DNA of 61,116 nucleotides, filler included, from It is 5 parts of 5 records of this genome, joined end to end, with 100 filler letters (N's around TTAATTAATTAA, not from the genome) between each part and the next. Parts side by side here need not be neighbours in the genome. Positions count along the whole stretch, not along the records: positions 53,205 to 61,116 come from SRR20825010_4716; 4 more parts are not named here. One strand, 5' to 3'. Shown piece by piece: positions 55,713 to 61,116 of this stretch (position 1 is its first letter; each line of letters starts with the position of its first letter). The notes under the pieces were generated by a model. It saw only the letters and a program-made list of their open reading frames with translations, ran no database searches and was not told where the DNA came from. The position numbers and the translations under genes were made by a program.

Positions 55713-56462
55713 CTATAAACCAAAATTGCTCAAAAAACTCTTTTCTCCCATCTCCGGAGGATGGAAATAGACTGGAACAATAACCTTCACCGCACCCTCA
55801 ACTGAATCCTCTTTTCTGTGAAATCTTATTTGCCATGTTGATTTGAAAAGCTCATTTATTATCTCTGAATCTATCTCATTTTCAAATCCTTTTATCAAAT
55901 TCACCTCAGAAGGACTAACTTGATCATCCAGCACAACTTCAAAAAGCGCGTATTGTTCTTTTAGCTTAATCCCTTTTTTACTTTCCAAAAACTCGGAAAA
56001 ACTTGAGGATATTATAGGTTCATATTTGGCTGTAAGCGTACTGTCATACTTGCTCAAAACTCGCACTATCTCTAAATCGCGAAGATTTTGTTCAAGATTG
56101 TTTTCAAATACAATTGGAAAGGAGCACATGCCAAAAGAAATCCTGCCACCAGAATCATTTCTTGCAAAAACCAATAAGTCTGATCCTTCAGGATAAAAAA
56201 CATCGCAGGATGAACCTAAACTTCCATCACTTCGCCCAGCGATGTAGATTGATTTGATTTTGTCCCCTTTGAAATGCTCAATTATTTCCACATCAGCTTT
56301 ATAGGGTTTATTATCTGCCTCATTGGGATAAACTTTTACAATCCTGATCCTACCTACGAAATCAGCTGAAACAAATCTGTCTGAAGGGTTAGAAAATGAA
56401 CACCCGCAGGCCAAAGCTTGGTTACTTAAAACTAGGAGAATAAAGATTATTATATATTTCAT
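55713..56462 (-). CDS. Exported hypothetical protein: TIMP/NTR-like N-domain plus TonB-C-like domain (paralog 1)
   Basis: ALA-CGC, ADFVG, SSC, LLVFA, GMC; C-terminal FEVVLD...VNLIKG...ID.EI...W...VIVPVYF. Confidence 0.6.
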   Translation of the reverse strand: MKYIIIFILLVLSNQALACGCSFSNPSDRFVSADFVGRIRIVKVYPNEADNKPYKADVEIIEHFKGDKIKSIYIAGRSDGSLGSSCDVFYPEGSDLLVFARNDSGGRISFGMCSFPIVFENNLEQNLRDLEIVRVLSKYDSTLTAKYEPIISSSFSEFLESKKGIKLKEQYALFEVVLDDQVSPSEVNLIKGFENEIDSEIINELFKSTWQIRFHRKEDSVEGAVKVIVPVYFHPPEMGEKSFLSNFGL

Positions 56463-56542
56463 CGAGAAATTTCTGAATGAGCATTATCCATTTTATGGCT
56501 TTTCAATTTGAAGTAATTTACACCTTATCTAAAAAACAAACC

Positions 56543-56570
56543 AAGTTCAGCTTCAAGAGAAGCAGGACAA
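56543..56570. repeat. REP-like palindromic element, copy 1 (degenerate)
   Basis: AAGTTCAGCTTCAAGAGAAGCAGGACAA. Confidence 0.65.
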
Positions 56571-56603
56571 CGGTAGAGAAAATAGGAAGGTGTAGGTTTT
56601 CAT
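56553..56603 (-). pseudogene. Truncated duplicate of the start of the NTF2-like gene
   Basis: 24/26 nt match to 55615-55640; reads MKTYTFLFSLPLSCFS-stop versus MKTLTFLFFF. Confidence 0.5.
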
Positions 56604-56668
56604 GGGAGGGTAATTTTAACCAAGATACTTAGAAAGTTAAATGGAGTTCTATAATAATTCCAATTCTC

Positions 56669-57403
56669 TCATCTAAACCATCTGAAATTATACTCTTTTA
56701 ATTGAAATGAACCAGAGTTCTTATCATAACTATTTTCAATTACTAATACGAATTTAGAGAGAGCTGGAATTGGATTTCCCGAATAATCTTCCAACTCCCA
56801 ATCAGAATCCTCCATTAGTTTCAGTAGTTGTTCATCCAATTCTTTAGCAAATCCTTCAACAACCTTAACATCTACCCAAAAATTCAGTTTATCTATAACA
56901 ACTTCAAAAATAGCAAACTGAGGATCGTCTGATGATGGGTTAAGACTTTCGATTTTTTTAAAGAATTCATTCCCATATGTTTCAACTGAAAAAGTATTAG
57001 AATAACTTATCTTATTCGCTTTTAGACTTCTGAGTATTTCAAGCTCCATAGGATAATTTTTCAAGTCTTTTAAAGAAAAATATCTCGCACAAAAGCTCAC
57101 ACCAATTTGACCCTCATTCTCATATGCAAATACTAAAATCTCTTCACCATCTTCAAAGCTCAGACCGCAAGGTGAGTTTTCTCCAAAAACTATAAATGAA
57201 TTGAGTCCTGACCCTTTGAAAAGTTCATAAACTTCAAAATCAACCCTTCTATTATCATCAACTATCTCTCTATTTTTTACAATCTTACCAGTCGCCACAA
57301 ACTTTGACGTATGAAAAGCCTCAGTTAAACTTGGCTCAGAGCACTGACAGGCGAGAACTTGATTTCCTACAACCAGAATAAGTAAAGTGAGTAGAATTTT
57401 CAT
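56669..57403 (-). CDS. Exported hypothetical protein: TIMP/NTR-like N-domain plus TonB-C-like domain (paralog 2)
   Basis: VLA-CQC, SKFVATG, SPCGL, ILVFA, SFC; C-terminal FEVVID...VKVVEG...LDEQ...W. Confidence 0.6.
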   Translation of the reverse strand: MKILLTLLILVVGNQVLACQCSEPSLTEAFHTSKFVATGKIVKNREIVDDNRRVDFEVYELFKGSGLNSFIVFGENSPCGLSFEDGEEILVFAYENEGQIGVSFCARYFSLKDLKNYPMELEILRSLKANKISYSNTFSVETYGNEFFKKIESLNPSSDDPQFAIFEVVIDKLNFWVDVKVVEGFAKELDEQLLKLMEDSDWELEDYSGNPIPALSKFVLVIENSYDKNSGSFQLKEYNFRWFR

Positions 57404-57478
57404 TTCCCTCTAAAATAGCAAAAGCAACTCAGCACTAAATAGCTTTAAGAATTTTTAAGGCAATCTTTTAGTTTTAAC

Positions 57479-57511
57479 AAGTCCGGCTTCTGGAGAAGCA
57501 GGATAACTGTG
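57479..57511. repeat. REP-like palindromic element, copy 2
   Basis: AAGTCCGGCTTCTGGAGAAGCAGGATAACTGTG. Confidence 0.75.
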
Positions 57512-57551
57512 CTTTTTACGTGACTATCGAGAACTTTGGGGTAATAATCAC

Positions 57552-57580
57552 AAAAAAGCCACCTATTGCTGAGTGGCTTT
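57552..57580 (-). terminator. Intrinsic terminator after the ferredoxin gene
   Basis: AAAAAAGCCAC-N10-GTGGCTTT. Confidence 0.75.
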
Positions 57581-57611
57581 AAGAATATTTACAGTAAGTA
57601 AGATCATTAGA

Positions 57612-57643
57612 AAGTCCAGCTTCTGGAGAAGCAGGACACTGTG
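57612..57643. repeat. REP-like palindromic element, copy 3
   Basis: AAGTCCAGCTTCTGGAGAAGCAGGACACTGTG. Confidence 0.75.
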
Positions 57644-57655
57644 AAGTTGTATCGC

Positions 57656-57976
57656 TTACTGATCTTCTCCTCGGAGTTTAATCACTGATCCATCTAGCAC
57701 ATCACCGATTCTGATTTGGCAAGCCAAACGTGAAGTAGGAAAGTACTCTGGCAGATTCTCCAACTGATCCAATTCAGGATCTGTGGCTTCGCCTAATTCG
57801 TCCTTACCTTCCAGTATTTCGATGTGACAAGTGCCACACAGCGCCATACCTCCACAGGTAGCTAGAATAGGATATTCGTATGCTTTGAGGATTTCCATCA
57901 GGTTGAAGCCCATGTCATCTGGCGCTTCGCAATCTTGACGATTTCCTTCTTGATCTTCTACAGTGAAATTAACCAT
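57656..57976 (-). CDS. [2Fe-2S] ferredoxin, adrenodoxin type
   Basis: CGGMALCGTCH and SRLACQ. Confidence 0.93.
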   Translation of the reverse strand: MVNFTVEDQEGNRQDCEAPDDMGFNLMEILKAYEYPILATCGGMALCGTCHIEILEGKDELGEATDPELDQLENLPEYFPTSRLACQIRIGDVLDGSVIKLRGEDQ

Positions 57977-57991
57977 GCTGCAAAAATAGTA

Positions 57992-58996
57992 TTAAAATGA
58001 ATTTACACCATTAACCGTTGTGTATTTGAAGCTCAATTTCTGATCTGGATACACATATTTGAAAGCAGAATGCATCATGATCGCCGCTTCGTGGAATCCA
58101 CAAAGAATTAATTTCAACTTTCCAGGATAGGTATTAATATCTCCAATCGCATAGATTCTGTCCACTCCAGTAGAGTAATCACGTGTATCTACCTCAATCG
58201 CATTTTTATCAATGCTCAATCCCCAGTCAGCAATCGGACCAAGTTTTGGACTCAAACCGAATAAAGGAATCAGATAATCCGCTTCAATTTTGATCTCAGC
58301 TTTGCTTTTATCAATAAAAGTCACCGTATCCAATACGCCGTTTCCTGACACTTCCTTCAAATTGGCAGAAAGGATCAAATCAATTTTACCTTGGTTAGCC
58401 AAGTCAAATACTTTAGAAGCTGAATCAGGGGCTCCACGGAAAGTCTCATTTCTGTGTACCAAGGTCACTCTTTTGGCAACTTTAGAAAGGAATATAGTCC
58501 AGTCCAAAGCGGAATCTCCACCACCCGCAAGAATCACATTCTTATCACGGAAGGTCTCAGGATTCTTCACCATGTAGGTAATTCCCTTTCCTTCGAATAG
58601 CTCCAAATTCTCTACCACTGGCTTTCTAGGTTCAAAACAGCCCAAACCACCAGCGATGATAATCACCTGTGCATGAACTTTTGTTTTGTCGCTAGTCGTC
58701 ACGATGAAGGATCCATCTTCCTGCTTGTCCAAGTGATCTACACGCTCACCTAAGGTGAATGTCGGAGAAAATGGCTTCGCCTGCTCCATCAGATTGTCCA
58801 CCAGATCCTGTGCATTCACTTCCGGATAACCCGGAATATCATAAATAGGCTTTTGCGGATAAATCTCCGAAAGCTGACCACCCACCTGAGGTAGGGCATC
58901 TATGAGGTGACAGCGCATTTTCAGCAAACCAGCTTCGAACACTGCAAAAAGGCCTACTGGGCCGGCTCCGATAATACAAAGGTCTGTATGGATCAT
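57992..58996 (-). CDS. TrxR-like ferredoxin-NADP+ reductase (YumC-type)
   Basis: GAGPVG, GGQL..IYPQKPIYDIPG, GGGDSALDW, GDI.TYPGKLKLIL.GF.E; no CxxC. Confidence 0.9.
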   Translation of the reverse strand: MIHTDLCIIGAGPVGLFAVFEAGLLKMRCHLIDALPQVGGQLSEIYPQKPIYDIPGYPEVNAQDLVDNLMEQAKPFSPTFTLGERVDHLDKQEDGSFIVTTSDKTKVHAQVIIIAGGLGCFEPRKPVVENLELFEGKGITYMVKNPETFRDKNVILAGGGDSALDWTIFLSKVAKRVTLVHRNETFRGAPDSASKVFDLANQGKIDLILSANLKEVSGNGVLDTVTFIDKSKAEIKIEADYLIPLFGLSPKLGPIADWGLSIDKNAIEVDTRDYSTGVDRIYAIGDINTYPGKLKLILCGFHEAAIMMHSAFKYVYPDQKLSFKYTTVNGVNSF

Positions 58997-59056
58997 GATG
59001 TATGAAAATTTGGGGTGCTTCCCCGGTTAAAAATTCCCTTATTTATGATAAACTAA

Positions 59057-59506
59057 TTATTGGTCTAGAGATTCTCCGTTGAGATTTTGATAAATGGTAT
59101 TAAGAATCCGTTTGAACTCTTCGAAATCATGGGGACTCAACTTTTCCCAAGCTTTCTCTCTAATATGATGTATCTCCGGTCGAAGAGAAGTGACTTTGGA
59201 TACGCCTGTCTCAGTCAAATGCAATTGAAAACTACGTCTGTCCTGAGGATGTGGCACTCGCTCCACGTATCCCTTTTTGCATAGCAAATCGATAATACGC
59301 GTAAGGGTAGGATGGTCTTTAAAAACCAAATTCGCCAGTTCAGTCTGACTCAACACGTCATTTTCAGACAGGTTTTTCAGTACCAACCACTGATCAACAG
59401 TCACATCAAAATCTCCTGATTTAAACTGTTGCTGAGCATATTGCTTCACTTTACGGGCCGTACGGTCCAATAAAAATGAATACTTAGAATATTGCTCTTG
59501 TGTCAT
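59057..59506 (-). CDS. MarR-family regulator
   Basis: TVDQWLVL, SQTELA, KDHPTLTRIID, DRRSF..HLTETG. Confidence 0.92.
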   Translation of the reverse strand: MTQEQYSKYSFLLDRTARKVKQYAQQQFKSGDFDVTVDQWLVLKNLSENDVLSQTELANLVFKDHPTLTRIIDLLCKKGYVERVPHPQDRRSFQLHLTETGVSKVTSLRPEIHHIREKAWEKLSPHDFEEFKRILNTIYQNLNGESLDQ

Positions 59507-59568
59507 ACCAATAGTTAGTGTGACAAATATATAAAAAATCTGAATCGGGAATGCAATTCTCTATTATT

Positions 59569-59655
59569 TTTATAGGGTTTATAGGTTTTAGTATTGGAAG
59601 ATTGAAAAATTGGAAGATTTGAAAATTGAGACTTGAATTTGAAAATTGAAAATTC
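59569..59655. repeat. Degenerate 9-mer and 8-mer tandem repeats
   Basis: TTTATAGGG TTTATAGGT, then ATTGGAAG ATTGAAAA ATTGGAAG ATTTGAAA ATTGAGAC and further GAAAATT units. Confidence 0.7.
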
Positions 59656-60918
59656 TCAATATCCATATTTCCCCTGCCACTTCGAGCTAAGGTATCTTCT
59701 CAGCTCATTTTCTCGTGCGTTTTCTCCTGGATCATACAGTTTTAAACCTTTGATCTCATCGGGCATAAACTCCTGAGCAACGAAATTTCCAGGGAAATCG
59801 TGGGAATACTTGTAAGCTTTTCCATAATTCAATTCCTTCATCAGCTTAGTCGGTGCATTGCGTAAGGCCAAAGGAACGGACAGGTCTCCCTTCTCCCGCA
59901 CAAGAGCTTGCGCCTGATTAATCGCCATATAAGCGGCGTTGCTTTTCTGGGAACTCGCCAGGTAAGTCACGCATTGGGAAAGAATAATCCTTGACTCAGG
60001 ATACCCAATAATCTTGACAGCCTCAAAGCAATTAGTAGCCAAAAGCAAAGCATTCGGATTGGCATTCCCAATATCCTCAGAAGCCAAAATCACCAAACGC
60101 CTAGCGATAAACTTTACATCCTCCCCTCCTTCTATCATCCGAGCCAGCCAATAAACGGCTGCATTCGGATCAGAACCACGGATGGATTTGATAAAAGCTG
60201 AAATAATGTCGTAATGCTGCTCACCGGATTTATCGTAAAGCGCCACCTTCTGCTGGGCAATCTGCATCACTTTTTCATCGGTGATCACGCAGGGATCTTC
60301 ATTGATCCCATCGACTACTATTTCCAGCAGATTCAGCAACTTTCGCCCATCTCCTCCTGAAATCCTCAATAGCGCATCCGTTTCTTTGAGCTCAACTTTG
60401 ATTTTTTTCAACTCAATATCCTGTTCCAAAGCCTGATGAACCATGGCCTCAAGTTCAGACTTACCCAACGAATTGAGCGTAAAAACCTGACATCTGGATA
60501 ATAATGCCGCATTGACTTCAAAGGAAGGATTCTCCGTAGTAGCTCCGATCAGACGGATCACTCCCTTTTCCACTGCTCCCAGAAGAGCATCTTGCTGGGA
60601 CTTATTGAAACGGTGAATTTCATCGATAAAAAGTACCACTCCCTGCTGAAACTTGGCTTTCTCGATGACCTCGCGGATATCTTTCACCCCAGAACTGATC
60701 GCGCTTAGCGTATAGAAAGGCGCTTTGATTTCATTCGCGATAATGTTGGCTATTGTAGTTTTTCCAACGCCCGGAGGCCCCCAAAGGATCAAAGAAGGCA
60801 CATTGCCAGTTTTGATGGCCTTAAATAAAAATGACTTGGGCGAAGATAAATGTTCCTGCCCGATCAGGTCTTCCAATCGGGTTGGTCGCATGCGTTCTGC
60901 AAGAGGGGTGTTATTCAT
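59656..60918 (-). CDS. rarA: Replication-associated recombination protein A (MgsA AAA+)
   Basis: [57 protein letters not shown]. Confidence 0.95.
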   Translation of the reverse strand: MNNTPLAERMRPTRLEDLIGQEHLSSPKSFLFKAIKTGNVPSLILWGPPGVGKTTIANIIANEIKAPFYTLSAISSGVKDIREVIEKAKFQQGVVLFIDEIHRFNKSQQDALLGAVEKGVIRLIGATTENPSFEVNAALLSRCQVFTLNSLGKSELEAMVHQALEQDIELKKIKVELKETDALLRISGGDGRKLLNLLEIVVDGINEDPCVITDEKVMQIAQQKVALYDKSGEQHYDIISAFIKSIRGSDPNAAVYWLARMIEGGEDVKFIARRLVILASEDIGNANPNALLLATNCFEAVKIIGYPESRIILSQCVTYLASSQKSNAAYMAINQAQALVREKGDLSVPLALRNAPTKLMKELNYGKAYKYSHDFPGNFVAQEFMPDEIKGLKLYDPGENARENELRRYLSSKWQGKYGY

Positions 60919-61116
60919 TTGCTAGCGTGAGTAAGGCTTGCAAGATACTAGACAAAAAAGTAAGGCACGGAAAGGTCATTCATAATTTGGTCAAAGAGTG
61001 TCGCATGGTATATAAAGCGAAACATCACTCAGCTATATCTTAAATTCTGATATGTGTATTCGCTTAACTGCACGTATGTACTTTATATTAATGCTATAAG
61101 TTCAAATTTGGCAATT

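Noticed and set aside
56543-57643. Possible CRISPR array from the three palindromic repeats
   Set aside because: Spacing is irregular (about 130 and 940 bp, one interval containing a gene) and there are no cas genes.
59484-59666. 60-aa ORF between rarA and marR
   Set aside because: It is just the translation of the tandem-repeat tract.

Overview
The window is not one locus. It is five contigs joined by 100-bp linkers (44 N + TTAATTAATTAA + 44 N), and gene style and composition suggest different organisms (taxonomy below is inference). (1) 1-23694, alphaproteobacterial: photolyase end, CoA-transferase, SDR, GNAT, LysR, gor, 2-oxoacid:ferredoxin oxidoreductase, an SRPBCC/ArsR/WYL regulator island, and a divergently split glycogen cluster (glgC-glgA-glgX-malQ-pgm versus glgP-glgB). 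(2) 23795-27443, gammaproteobacterial clpA-clpS-cspD-icd. (3) 27544-37692, betaproteobacterial mfd-Sel1-serB, then a complete type I secretion system, a small AT-rich two-TM gene and an RTX protein with an FrpC-type Asp-Pro self-processing module. (4) 37793-53104, alphaproteobacterial core region (M48, dsbA, hppD/MarR, aroQ-accB-accC-aat, mlaD, nrdJ) with an apparently catalytically dead GGT lipoprotein. (5) 53205-61116, Bacteroidota-like: M28 peptidase, two TIMP-like/TonB-C-like paralogs, REP-like palindromes, marR-FNR-ferredoxin and rarA. The best candidate for an undescribed system is in contig 3. There, a low-GC cassette (putative immunity gene plus a hydrophobic glycine-zipper-like N-terminal domain) is joined just upstream of the self-cleavage site of a T1SS-exported RTX carrier, suggesting a polymorphic toxin with an N-terminal, autocatalytically released payload.
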